The notes below the pieces were generated by a model. That model worked only from the letters and a program-made list of their open reading frames with translations, did no database searches and was not told where the DNA came from. A stretch of 64,000 nucleotides of DNA from Chloroflexota bacterium. Its GTDB lineage: Bacteria > Chloroflexota > Dehalococcoidia > DSTF01 > RBG-16-68-14. The stretch spans positions 4,662 to 68,661 of the forward strand of contig JAJCYW010000015.1 of NCBI GenBank assembly GCA_029262675.1, given 5' to 3'. Below, one piece after another: positions 40,459 through 49,465 of this stretch (its first letter is position 1; each line of letters starts with the position of its first letter). A program made the position numbers and the translations under genes.

Positions 40459-40639
40459 GGCTGCCCTTCGGGCAGCTTCGAGTTCCGCTTCGCGGAACTC
40501 GGGCTGGTATTCGAGTGCACTGCGCTCGGGCGCCCTTCGGGCAGCTTCGAGTTCCGCTTCGCGGAACTCGGGCCGGTATTCGAGCGCACTGCGATCGGGT
40601 GCCCTTCGGGCAGCTTCGAGTGCACTGCGCTCGGGCGCC
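40459..40639. repeat. REP-like tandem repeat, about 2.5 x 69 bp
   Basis: GCCCTTCGGGCAGCTTCGAG starts at 40463, 40532 and 40601; internal hairpin GAGTTCCGC-TTC-GCGGAACTC. Confidence 0.85.
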
Positions 40640-42403
40640 CTACGTGCAGCGGTGGTCGAATTGCCGGATGACGCCCAGGATGTCGTTCAGCAGGTCGATA
40701 ACCCCGTCCGGGGCCGTCATGTTCCAGGCGTTCGGCCCGGCCGACGGCCCGCGGTCGTAATGCGCATCGTTTGGCGGCGCGCCGCCAGCGGCAGGGTGGT
40801 AGTGATTGATAACGCCTAAGATGTCGAATAGGAGGTCGACGACGCCGTCCTGACCCGGCCCTGAGATCGTCTCCACGTCGTAGAAGTCCCAGGGATTGTG
40901 GGGGTTGCGCCGGCCGCCCAAAGTCTCGTCCGGACCGAGTTCCTGCACATCGGTGCAGCCGTCGTTGTCATCGTCGGGGTCGGTGCTGTTGGGAATGGTA
41001 TCGCCATCCGTGTCACCGTCAGGGCCTTTCGGGGTTGGTGTCAGTGTGGGCGTGCCGCAGCCGACGTTGGCTGGGACCTTACCCGGTGGGCAGGGCGTCG
41101 GCGTTGGCGTATTCGTTGGGGTCGGGGTGAGGGTTGATGTCGGCGTTGGCGTTGGTTCCAGGAAGAGGTAGGCGGCGCTCTCGTCTGGCCCTCCGCCTGA
41201 CCATCCGTCCGCGCCCACCACGCTGGTGTAGCTACTCACTGCCACGCTCTTACCGAAGAAGGCACCCGGCTGGGAATCGGAGGCGATTAGCTTTTCCACC
41301 TCGCCCCAGTTGTCCGTGCCGCCGTGGTTGCGCTGAAACACATACGCTGCACCGGCACCGTCGCCTCCGGCATCCTCTCCCTCCGCGCCGACGATTACGG
41401 TGTCGCCGCTGATCGCGACGTTCATGAAGCCGTCTCCGGGCTGGGCGTCAGAAGCAGTAATCCTCTTCACTTCGCCCCAATTGTCCGCACCGCCTTCGTC
41501 ACGCTGGAACACAAATGCCTTGCCTGTGTCTATGCCGGCGCCAAACGTGCCGTCCGACCCGACGATGAGGGTGTCGCCACTGACCCCAACACTCCGGCCG
41601 AAGCTTTCGGCGGCCTGCATGTCAGAGGAGGTGAGCTCCTTCAGTTCGCCCCAGTTGTCTGCGCCACCTTCGTTACGCTCGAACACGATAACGACGCCGA
41701 CGCAACAGGCGCCGACGAACGTATTTGACGCCCCGACGACGACGGTGTTGCCGCTGATGGCGAGGCTCGATCCGAAGGAGTTGGCGGCCAGAGGGTTTGC
41801 GGGACTGAGCTTCTTCACCTCGCCCCAGTTGTCCGCGCCGCCCTGGTTGCGGTGGAATAGGTACGCTGCGTCGCCCCACGCCGCTATAATGGCGATGTCG
41901 CCTTCCACGGCTACGTCTCCACCGAGGCCAGAACCGGACTGTGCGTCAGAAGCGGCGAGCTTCTTCACCTCGCCCCAGTTATCAGCTCCGCCTTGGTTAC
42001 GCTGAAATACATATGCCGCGCTGCCTCCGGACACAACTGCGGTGTCACCGCTGACCGCTACGTATCTGCCGAAAAAGTCGAAGGCTAGTGCGTCGGAGGC
42101 GATGAGCTTCTTGACCTGGCCCCAGTTTTCGGTGCCGCCCTGGTTGCGCTGGAAGACATAGGCGGCGCCGGCGTATGTGAGACCAACAGTGTCGCGATAT
42201 GCCCCCACTACAGCGGTGTCACCACTCACCGCAACGCTGAGCCCGGCGCCGTCGCCACTGGAGGCGATGAGCGTCTTGAATTCGCTTGGAGCTGCTGCGT
42301 TCGCGTCCTGTTCGTGACGATCGGCGATAACGACGGTGACGCCGAGCATCAGAGTCACAAGCAGCGCAGTGATCTTTACCGTTGTGCTGAGTGATGGGGC
42401 CAT
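40640..42403 (-). CDS. Secreted FG-GAP-repeat protein with flexitail-type C-terminus (array unit 1)
   Basis: Signal peptide after GGGAG RBS; FG.SVAVSGDT...GAAYVFQRN.GG.DNWGEVKKL repeats; PT linker; conserved tail. Confidence 0.88.
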   Translation of the reverse strand: MAPSLSTTVKITALLVTLMLGVTVVIADRHEQDANAAAPSEFKTLIASSGDGAGLSVAVSGDTAVVGAYRDTVGLTYAGAAYVFQRNQGGTENWGQVKKLIASDALAFDFFGRYVAVSGDTAVVSGGSAAYVFQRNQGGADNWGEVKKLAASDAQSGSGLGGDVAVEGDIAIIAAWGDAAYLFHRNQGGADNWGEVKKLSPANPLAANSFGSSLAISGNTVVVGASNTFVGACCVGVVIVFERNEGGADNWGELKELTSSDMQAAESFGRSVGVSGDTLIVGSDGTFGAGIDTGKAFVFQRDEGGADNWGEVKRITASDAQPGDGFMNVAISGDTVIVGAEGEDAGGDGAGAAYVFQRNHGGTDNWGEVEKLIASDSQPGAFFGKSVAVSSYTSVVGADGWSGGGPDESAAYLFLEPTPTPTSTLTPTPTNTPTPTPCPPGKVPANVGCGTPTLTPTPKGPDGDTDGDTIPNSTDPDDDNDGCTDVQELGPDETLGGRRNPHNPWDFYDVETISGPGQDGVVDLLFDILGVINHYHPAAGGAPPNDAHYDRGPSAGPNAWNMTAPDGVIDLLNDILGVIRQFDHRCT

Positions 42404-42524
42404 GATGATGCTCCCCGCGTATCGCCGGGAGTGGGTGGGGCGTACGCCCGACGAAGTGATCTGGGCCACCGCCATCGGAGGCCGTCAGTGGCCTCTATGT
42501 TACAGGAATACCCGCGTTTGTCAA
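42404..42524 (-). promoter_or_regulatory. Conserved array promoter + leader, copy A
   Basis: TTGACA (42524-42519), N16, TAACAT (42502-42497); GAGGCC-N6-GGCCTC; anti-SD hairpin. Confidence 0.75.
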
Positions 42525-42657
42525 CCGGACGAGGCGGCCTTCACCCGGTCCACCGTCACCCCTCTCCCTGAGGGTGAGAGGGGCGACACGTTGCATAGCC
42601 TTGCGTGTGGCATGCGGCCAACCGATGCCGCTGCGTGACTCTAGGTGCAACCTACGG

Positions 42658-43761
42658 TTATATGCAGCGGTCGTTGGCCTGCTGAATGACCCCCAGGATG
42701 TCGTTGAGCAGGTCGATGCTGCCGTCCGGGGCGGTCATGTTCCAGGGATTTGGGCCCGCGGACGGTCCCCGGTCGTAGTTCGCGTCATAGGGTGGGTCAC
42801 CTGTCGGCGCATAGTGGTTGATGACGCCGAGGACGTCGAACAAGACGTTGATGTTGCCGTCGTGACCCGGCCCTGAGATCGTCTCCACATCGTAGTAGTC
42901 CCAGGGGTCCAAGAAGTCTCGCAGGCCGCCGAGCGTTTCGTCCGTGCCGTTCTCTCGCTGGTCGGGGCAGCCATCGCCGTCGGTGTCGGTGAGGTCAGGC
43001 GTTGGTGTGGGCGTACCGCAGCCACCATAGGTTGGTACCTTACCCGCAGGGCAAGGCGTGGGTGTTGCCGTGGGAGTTGGCGTGGGCGTGCCGCAGCCGC
43101 CGATTGCTGGCACTTTGCCGGCCGGGCAGGGCGTCGGCGTCGGCGTGATCTGGCTCGTGCAGTTCACTAACAGGGTGCTGCCCGGAACGGCGATTAGACC
43201 GCTAATGACAGACTGGAAGGCGGCGCCGCTGGTTCCGGCGATCGGGCCGCCGAGCGTCTCCAGATCGATCTGGTGGGAACTCGCGCTAGGCGTGCAGGTG
43301 AACGTGAAGCTGAACAGGCTGCCCTTGTACTGGCTGACATTATAGGGGCGAAGCACCAGACAACCGCGACCGGCGGTGGTGGCCGTGGACGTGCCAAGGT
43401 CTGTCCATGGCTCGCAGTCGGGCCACACGGTGGTAGACTGCTTGAACGTCAGGCCGCTCGCCCCAAAGACCAGAAACGCCTGGGCGCCGTCGTAGCGATC
43501 GCTGAACGGAACGGCGTCAGCGTTGACGATGACGTCGAACATGGCGCCTAGCGGCACACACGTCTCGCTGAGCACCTTAGTGCCGGGGCAAACATGCGTA
43601 TCAGCCGGATCGACATAGATACTCATCGCCGCGCCGTCTACGGCTGAATGAGCTGTATCGATCCCTTGGCCCGCCGTCAGGAACATGCCGGCGACTGCTA
43701 CGACGACGACGGCTACGAGCAGCGCCGCGGCCTTGAGGGCCGTGTTTCGCGAAGGGGCCAT
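42658..43761 (-). CDS. Secreted cohesin-like-domain protein with flexitail C-terminus (array unit 2)
   Basis: Signal peptide; beta-sandwich pattern VPLGAMFDVIVNAD...GAQAFL.F...LFSFTFTC...IDL...VNC; doubled CP.GKVP..GGC linker; tail. Confidence 0.82.
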   Translation of the reverse strand: MAPSRNTALKAAALLVAVVVVAVAGMFLTAGQGIDTAHSAVDGAAMSIYVDPADTHVCPGTKVLSETCVPLGAMFDVIVNADAVPFSDRYDGAQAFLVFGASGLTFKQSTTVWPDCEPWTDLGTSTATTAGRGCLVLRPYNVSQYKGSLFSFTFTCTPSASSHQIDLETLGGPIAGTSGAAFQSVISGLIAVPGSTLLVNCTSQITPTPTPCPAGKVPAIGGCGTPTPTPTATPTPCPAGKVPTYGGCGTPTPTPDLTDTDGDGCPDQRENGTDETLGGLRDFLDPWDYYDVETISGPGHDGNINVLFDVLGVINHYAPTGDPPYDANYDRGPSAGPNPWNMTAPDGSIDLLNDILGVIQQANDRCI

Positions 43762-43882
43762 TACTATTCTCCCAACGAATCGCCGGGAAGGCGCGGGGCG
43801 TGCGCCCGACGATGCGTGCTGGGCCACCGCCAGCGGAGGCCGTCAGTGGCCTCTATGTTACAGGAATACCCAGGATTGTCAA
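43762..43882 (-). promoter_or_regulatory. Conserved array promoter + leader, copy B
   Basis: TTGACA (43882-43877), N16, TAACAT (43860-43855). Confidence 0.75.
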
Positions 43883-43922
43883 CCGGACGGGGTGGCGACG
43901 CAGGGCGCCGCGTTGCGCAACT

Positions 43923-44141
43923 CTAGGTGCAGTCGTGGTCGAATTGCCGGATGACGCCGAGGATGTCGTTCAGCAGGTCGATGGCTCCGTCTGGTGCCGT
44001 CAAATTCCAGGCGTTCGGCCCGGCCGACGGCCCGCGGTCGTAATGCGCATCGTATGGCGGCGCGCCGCCAGCGGCAGGGTGGTAGTGATTGATGACGACT
44101 AAGATGTCGAACAGCAGGTCGACGACGCCGTCCGGACACTT
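43923..44141 (-). pseudogene. Orphan flexitail 3' fragment (72 codons + stop)
   Basis: KCPDGVVDLLFDILVVINHYHPAAGGAPPYDAHYDRGPSAGPNAWNLTAPDGAIDLLNDILGVIRQFDHDCT*; has no start of its own. Confidence 0.85.
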
Positions 44142-44984
44142 CTAGCTCTCTTCCGCCTTTCGCGCCGACGTATACCCGAACCAGCCACCTGGCAGCGACG
44201 ACTCGTAGTCGGTGTAGCCCAGCGTTGCCAGTTCTTCGCCCAGCCACGCAAGCGGCACAAAGTGCAGCTGGAAGCGTCGCTTCATCCAGCGTTTGACGCC
44301 CGCCCGCGAGTCGTTCGGCCGCTGGCTGAAAGTGCTGGCGGCCAGTGTGGCGCCTTTCGCGCTCACGCGGCCGATCTCGGCCAAGGCCTGAGCCAAGTCG
44401 GGGAATTGGTGAAAGCCACCGGAGCAGTTCACCTTGCGAAGGCACTCGTCGGCCAGAGGCAGGCGATGTGCATCGCCACGAATCAGTAGCACGTTGGCCA
44501 GGCCCCAGCGGCTGGCGTGACGCGCGGCGCGCGCCAGCATGGCCTTCGATATGTCCAACCCGATGAGCAGCCCCTCAGGTCCCACACGCTTGGCCCACTC
44601 GACAGTGAAGTTGCCGTGCCCACACGCCAGGTCCAGGACGGTATCGCCTGCCTGCACCTGCAACCTCTGCTGAATCTGTGCAACCTCCTCAGGAAAGTCG
44701 GGGGTGCCTAGCGCCCGAGTGAGCCATCCGCGGAAGCGGTCGTAGCTCCAGGCGGTGAGGGGAGTGTCGAGGAGGTGCTGAGTCGCGGTCTTCTCCAGGG
44801 TATCTCCCAGCACGTCGAGTACGCCGTCACGATATGGGTAGGTTGTGCTCGTCGCTGAGCAGCGCAGGCCGGAGCCGTCCGGCAACACCTCTGGCGGCCG
44901 GTCGGGCGATGTCGGCAGACGCAGCAGCGGGGCGGCGCGCACCAGCAAAAGCCGGGCTCGGTCCGCGGGCATTGCTGGCGGCAT
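44142..44984 (-). CDS. Class I SAM-dependent methyltransferase with Trm112-like N-terminus
   Basis: VLDLACGHG, GLDISKAML, RGDAHRLP; YP.RDGVLD N-terminal module; no signal peptide. Confidence 0.88.
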   Translation of the reverse strand: MPPAMPADRARLLLVRAAPLLRLPTSPDRPPEVLPDGSGLRCSATSTTYPYRDGVLDVLGDTLEKTATQHLLDTPLTAWSYDRFRGWLTRALGTPDFPEEVAQIQQRLQVQAGDTVLDLACGHGNFTVEWAKRVGPEGLLIGLDISKAMLARAARHASRWGLANVLLIRGDAHRLPLADECLRKVNCSGGFHQFPDLAQALAEIGRVSAKGATLAASTFSQRPNDSRAGVKRWMKRRFQLHFVPLAWLGEELATLGYTDYESSLPGGWFGYTSARKAEES

Positions 44985-45108
44985 GTTTCTAGCTCCCCAC
45001 GTATCACCAGGAGTCGTCGGAGGACGACGCTCGCGGCGTATGACTGGCCACCGCCAGCGCAGTCCGTCAGTGTGACCCCCACTATACAGCGGGGTCTGAG
45101 AATGTCAA
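44985..45108 (-). promoter_or_regulatory. Conserved array promoter + leader, copy C (in front of the methyltransferase)
   Basis: TTGACA (45108-45103), N16, TATAGT (45086-45081); CTCCTGGTGATACGTGGGGAG hairpin over the RBS. Confidence 0.7.
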
Positions 45109-45148
45109 CCGGACGAGGCGGCGACACGGGGCGCCGCGTTGCGCAGCT

Positions 45149-46960
45149 CTACGTGCAGCGGTGGTCGAACTGTCGAATGACGCCGAGAATGTCGTTCAGC
45201 AGGTCTATGGCTCCGTCCGGGGCGGTCATGTTCCAGGGGTGGGGGCCTGCGGATGGCCCGCGGTCGTAGATCGCGTCGTACGGTGGCGCGCCGGTGGGGG
45301 CGTAGTGGTTGATAACGCCGAGGACGTCGAAGAGAAGGTCGACGACGCCGTCCGGCGCGGGTCCGCCGATACCGCCGACATCGTAGAAGTCCCAGGCGTT
45401 CATGTAGTTCCGCAGGCCGCCAAGCGTTTCGTCGCTACCGTTCTCGCGCTGGTCCGGACAGCCGTCGCCGTCGGTGTCGCCGGGGAACGGCTGCTTCGTC
45501 GGCGTGGGAGTGACGGCCGGTGTCGGCGTGGCAGTGGGTGTGGATGCCGGCGTGACGCATCCGCTGGTGGGGCAGGGCGTGGGTGTGACGGCAGCGATGG
45601 TGAGTATGTCGGTCGCGGCGTCTGACACGTGGCCGAAGTGGTTTGTCGACCGCGCGCCAAAGCTGTGCGTGCCGTTCGGCACAGCGGACGATGGTGTGAA
45701 TATGTAGGTCTCCAACTCTTCGTCGAAGGCGCCGCCATCGGGCGAGACGCCGTCCGTTGTGAATGTGCCGCCGTTTAGGTTCCACTCCGCCGCCGCGACG
45801 CGCGAAATCGAGACAGCGGCCGCTGTCCCGTGGTCGCCTCCGCCGATGACACGCGGGCCCTCCGGCGGGAACGCGGTGTTGCCGGCGGACGCGGAGTAGG
45901 TGGGCGTGTCGTCCGCGGAAGGATCGGGCGCGTAGGGCATTACGGAGGCCGTGGACGTGCGGACGACATCGACGACGGAGCCGACCGGGTTGCGCCAGCC
46001 GATGGCGCGCCTGGCGCTGTCCGAGACATCGACGGCGGGGTTGAGCTGCTCGGCGGAACTACCCATGATGGAGAGGTCTGATGTGTCGCCGCCGTTGTTG
46101 CAGGAGTCGTTCGCGGAGTTGAGGTAACCCCAGGAATCCGCGGTTGAGCAGCTGGACGAGGCGTATTCGTCGAGCGCGCCGAAGATGTGGCCGGTCTCAT
46201 GCGCGGTGACAAGGTCCATGTTGCCGATGCCCCAGCCGTCGTTGTCGTAGGTGAGGACCATGGCGGGGCCGTTCAGGAATGCGAAGGCAAACTTGCCGTC
46301 GGTGAACACACCGTCCCCGTCGTTCAGGCTGTCGACGACGAAGATGATGAACCCCCAGTCGGTGGCCTTCGCGGCGCGACGGTCGTTGATAAAGGCGTAG
46401 GCGCCCGCGACCCAGTCGGCCGGTGTCGACGGGTAGCCGAGGGCGGTGAGCGTATCGGCGACCCAGAGGTCGAGGTCTGTCGCGGGCCGGGAGATCGGCT
46501 CGCAGGAGGTGGGCTGGGCGCCGTGGTCGTCGACGACGAAGCTGAGCGGATCGGGCCGGCCTGTGCGGGAGGTCCAGAACGAGAGGCCGCCCGCGATCTC
46601 GGCGAGGACGGTGGCGCGGCGGGCACCGTCCCAGTCCTCGCTCTCGGCGTCCGGGGGAGCGCATTCGCCGACGCCGCCGCTCGATTCTACGAAGACGACG
46701 CTGTAGGTGGCCGAGCCGGCCATGTAGGAGGCAAGCTGGAACGCGGTGGGCGCGCTGCCGAGTAGCGCGGGCTGGACGGGCGCGGGTGGCGGTAGGAGGA
46801 AGTCGGGTCCGGATGGCATGGTCGGTGGCGGCGCCGGGACGCCGGCGCTGGCGGACGGCGGGGCGGTGCCGTGTACGCCCGACATCAACAACAGTGCTGT
46901 TAGGGCCAACGCGATGAACGCTGCGGCCCTGGCGGCTGTGCGAAGTCGGTGCTCATGCAT
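45149..46960 (-). CDS. Secreted zinc metalloprotease (metzincin-like) with flexitail C-terminus
   Basis: AHETGHIFGALDEY zinc motif, SIM Met-turn, signal peptide, tail; GGAGG RBS. Confidence 0.85.
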   Translation of the reverse strand: MHEHRLRTAARAAAFIALALTALLLMSGVHGTAPPSASAGVPAPPPTMPSGPDFLLPPPAPVQPALLGSAPTAFQLASYMAGSATYSVVFVESSGGVGECAPPDAESEDWDGARRATVLAEIAGGLSFWTSRTGRPDPLSFVVDDHGAQPTSCEPISRPATDLDLWVADTLTALGYPSTPADWVAGAYAFINDRRAAKATDWGFIIFVVDSLNDGDGVFTDGKFAFAFLNGPAMVLTYDNDGWGIGNMDLVTAHETGHIFGALDEYASSSCSTADSWGYLNSANDSCNNGGDTSDLSIMGSSAEQLNPAVDVSDSARRAIGWRNPVGSVVDVVRTSTASVMPYAPDPSADDTPTYSASAGNTAFPPEGPRVIGGGDHGTAAAVSISRVAAAEWNLNGGTFTTDGVSPDGGAFDEELETYIFTPSSAVPNGTHSFGARSTNHFGHVSDAATDILTIAAVTPTPCPTSGCVTPASTPTATPTPAVTPTPTKQPFPGDTDGDGCPDQRENGSDETLGGLRNYMNAWDFYDVGGIGGPAPDGVVDLLFDVLGVINHYAPTGAPPYDAIYDRGPSAGPHPWNMTAPDGAIDLLNDILGVIRQFDHRCT

Positions 46961-47075
46961 CGGCTACCTCCGCTGGGCGACGCGCTCTGGCCGGTACCTG
47001 GCGCACGCCGCTGGACGCAGTGTAGCGCTTGCGTGGGGCTACGCGTTGCGTAGCTCTACGTGCAGCCTCCGGCCG

Positions 47076-49229
47076 CTACGTGCAGGTGTGGTCGAACTGC
47101 TGAATGACGCCGAGGATGTCGTTCAGCAGGTCTATCACTCCGTCCGGCGCAGTCATGTTCCAGGCGTTGGGACCGGCGGACGGCCCGCGGTCGTAGTGCG
47201 CGTCGTAGGGCGGGTCGCCGGCAGGCGAGTAGTGGTTGATGACGCTGAGGATGTCAAACAGGAGGTCGACGACGCCGTCCTGACCGGGGCCTGAGATCGT
47301 TTCCACGTCGTAGAAATCGTTCGGGTTCTTGAAGTCACGGCGCCCGCCGACCGTCTCGTCCGGGCCATTCTCGTCTTGGTCGCTGCAGCCGTCGCTGTCG
47401 GTGTCGCCGGGGTCGGGCAGCTTAGTGGGTATAGGCGTACAGGTGGCCGGTGGCGTTGGGATCGCTGGCGTCTGAGACAGTTCGTTGTTCAGTTCGTTGC
47501 TCTCCACGATCTGTGACGAGGAATCGACCAACAAGGTGTTCTTGCCGGCGATGTAACCGTTGAACCAGAGGGTACCTGACTCGCCCTGCATCAGGCCTGC
47601 GCCGACGTTCTGTTGCGCGCCGTTGACAGAGACCGTGAATGGGCCTGCGTCGGCGGTTCCGGCGTTGGAGAAGTTGACGCGTACGCCCAGTTTAGGTGTG
47701 AAATCGCAGTCACCGCCAGTCTCCAGCGTGATGCTCATGCTGGTCGGGATGAGGTCTGGCATCGGAGGCCCTGGCGTAGGCGTGATAGTGGGCGTAGACG
47801 TAACAGTCGGCGTCAGCGTTGGCGTGGGTGTGCCGCACCCGCCGTTAGCGGGCACCTTACCCCCTGGACACGGCGTGGACGTGGGTGTGGGTGTCGGCTT
47901 GGGTTGCAGCAGGTCGAATATGTACGCCGCGCCGGCATTCGTTCCAGCGCTATCCTCCCAGAATGCGCCGACGAGGGCGGTGTCGTTGCTGATGCCTACA
48001 CTCATGCCGGCCTTATCGCCACCATCGGCGTCAGACGCGATGAGCTTAGTGACCTCGCCCCAGTTGCCCGGGCCACCCTCGTTGCGACGGAACAAATACG
48101 CGGCGCCGGAATTGATACCCGCGCTATCCTTCCAGCGAGCCCCCACAACGGTGGTGTCGCCGCTAATTGCCACGCTGTAGCCGAAGCGGTCGAAGGCGTG
48201 GGCGTCGGCGGCGGTGAGTTTTATCACTTCGCCCCAGTTGTCCGCGCCGCCCTGATTACGCTGGAACACGTATGCCGCGCCGGCGTCTGTGCCCCCGGCA
48301 TCCTCCTGGTATGCCCCGATGACGGCTGTGGCGCCGCTGACCGCCGCGCTCCAGCCGAACTCATCGCTGATCTGGGCGTCGGACGCAACGAGCTTCTTCA
48401 TCTCGCCCCAGTTGTCCACACCGCCTTCGTCGCGCCGGTAGATATAGGCGGCGCCTGCGTCGCCGGCCGCTGAGTCCTCGCCGCGAGACCCTATGAGGGC
48501 GATGTTGGCGCTGGCGGCTACGCTGTAGCCAAATTCGTCGCCGGCCTGGGCATCGGAGGCGGTGAGCTTCTTCACTTCGCCCCAGTTGTTCGTCCCGCCC
48601 TGGTCGCGCGCAAGGAGGTATGCCGCGCCGGCAAAGCTGCCCCAGGTATCTTCATGTTGCGCTCCGATGACTGCGGTGTCGCCACTAATTGCTACGCTCC
48701 AGCCGAAGCGGTCGCCGGCCTGGGCGTCGGAGGCGGTAAGCTTCTTCACTTCGCCCCAGTTGTTCGTCCCGCCCTCGTCGCGCTGAAAAACGTAGACTGC
48801 GCCGGCGAACGAGGCCGCCGTGTCCTCGCGGTACGCTCCCACTACGATGGTGTCGCCGCTGACGGCCACACTCCAGCCAAATCGGTCGTCGGCCTCGGCG
48901 TCGGAAGCCGTGAGCTTCTTCACCTCGCCCCAGTTCTCCGTGCCGCCCTCGGCGCGCTGGAATACGTATGCCGCGCCGGCATTGGTAGCTAACGCATCTT
49001 CCCTGTGTGCCCCGACGACCGCTGTATCACCACTGACCGCCACGCTGTAGCCAAATTCGTCGTCGGGCTGGGCATCGGAGGCGAGAAGCTTCTTGAGTTC
49101 GTTGAGATTTGTGGCTTCGGCGGTGGGGCTGCTTGGACCGATGAGGGCCTGACTCGCCATGAGCGTTCCCGTGACGACGAGTACGATCAGTCCCGCGATT
49201 TTCGCCATTGCGTTGAGCGATTGAATCAT
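47076..49229 (-). CDS. Secreted FG-GAP propeller + CARDB + flexitail protein
   Basis: Seven FG-GAP repeats; PDL...N.G.ADAGPF.V...VD....I.ESNELNN (CARDB); tail. Confidence 0.88.
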   Translation of the reverse strand: MIQSLNAMAKIAGLIVLVVTGTLMASQALIGPSSPTAEATNLNELKKLLASDAQPDDEFGYSVAVSGDTAVVGAHREDALATNAGAAYVFQRAEGGTENWGEVKKLTASDAEADDRFGWSVAVSGDTIVVGAYREDTAASFAGAVYVFQRDEGGTNNWGEVKKLTASDAQAGDRFGWSVAISGDTAVIGAQHEDTWGSFAGAAYLLARDQGGTNNWGEVKKLTASDAQAGDEFGYSVAASANIALIGSRGEDSAAGDAGAAYIYRRDEGGVDNWGEMKKLVASDAQISDEFGWSAAVSGATAVIGAYQEDAGGTDAGAAYVFQRNQGGADNWGEVIKLTAADAHAFDRFGYSVAISGDTTVVGARWKDSAGINSGAAYLFRRNEGGPGNWGEVTKLIASDADGGDKAGMSVGISNDTALVGAFWEDSAGTNAGAAYIFDLLQPKPTPTPTSTPCPGGKVPANGGCGTPTPTLTPTVTSTPTITPTPGPPMPDLIPTSMSITLETGGDCDFTPKLGVRVNFSNAGTADAGPFTVSVNGAQQNVGAGLMQGESGTLWFNGYIAGKNTLLVDSSSQIVESNELNNELSQTPAIPTPPATCTPIPTKLPDPGDTDSDGCSDQDENGPDETVGGRRDFKNPNDFYDVETISGPGQDGVVDLLFDILSVINHYSPAGDPPYDAHYDRGPSAGPNAWNMTAPDGVIDLLNDILGVIQQFDHTCT

Positions 49230-49348
49230 GATCGCACTCCCTGTTGCGTCGCCAAGGGTGTGGGACGAGCGCCTGACGACGCATGCCAGGGCACTGCCAT
49301 CGGAGGCCTCAGTGACCCCTACTATATAGAAATGCTCAGGTTTGTCAA
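49230..49348 (-). promoter_or_regulatory. Conserved array promoter + leader, copy D
   Basis: TTGACA (49348-49343), N16, TATAGT (49326-49321). Confidence 0.75.
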
Positions 49349-49465
49349 GCGGACGGGGCGGCGTGCAGCGCCCTCACGCTTTTCGCCCTCACCCCAAGCC
49401 CGCGTACGGCGGGCCGCCCTCTCCCTGAGGGAGAGAGGGGGACCGAAAACAGTCGTGGTGGGCGA

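Noticed and set aside
34728-40639. Tandem repeats at 34728 and 40459 as CRISPR arrays
   Set aside because: The units repeat head to tail with no unique spacers, there are only 2-3 copies, and no cas genes are in the window.
42404-42475. 24-codon N-terminal extensions given by the ORF track for array genes
   Set aside because: The frame is not preserved in copies C and D, and a GGGAG RBS plus a normal signal peptide support the downstream ATG.
44142-44144. Pyrrolysine decoding of the methyltransferase TAG
   Set aside because: No pyl genes in the window, TAG is the ordinary stop of many neighbouring genes, and the methyltransferase domain is complete before it.
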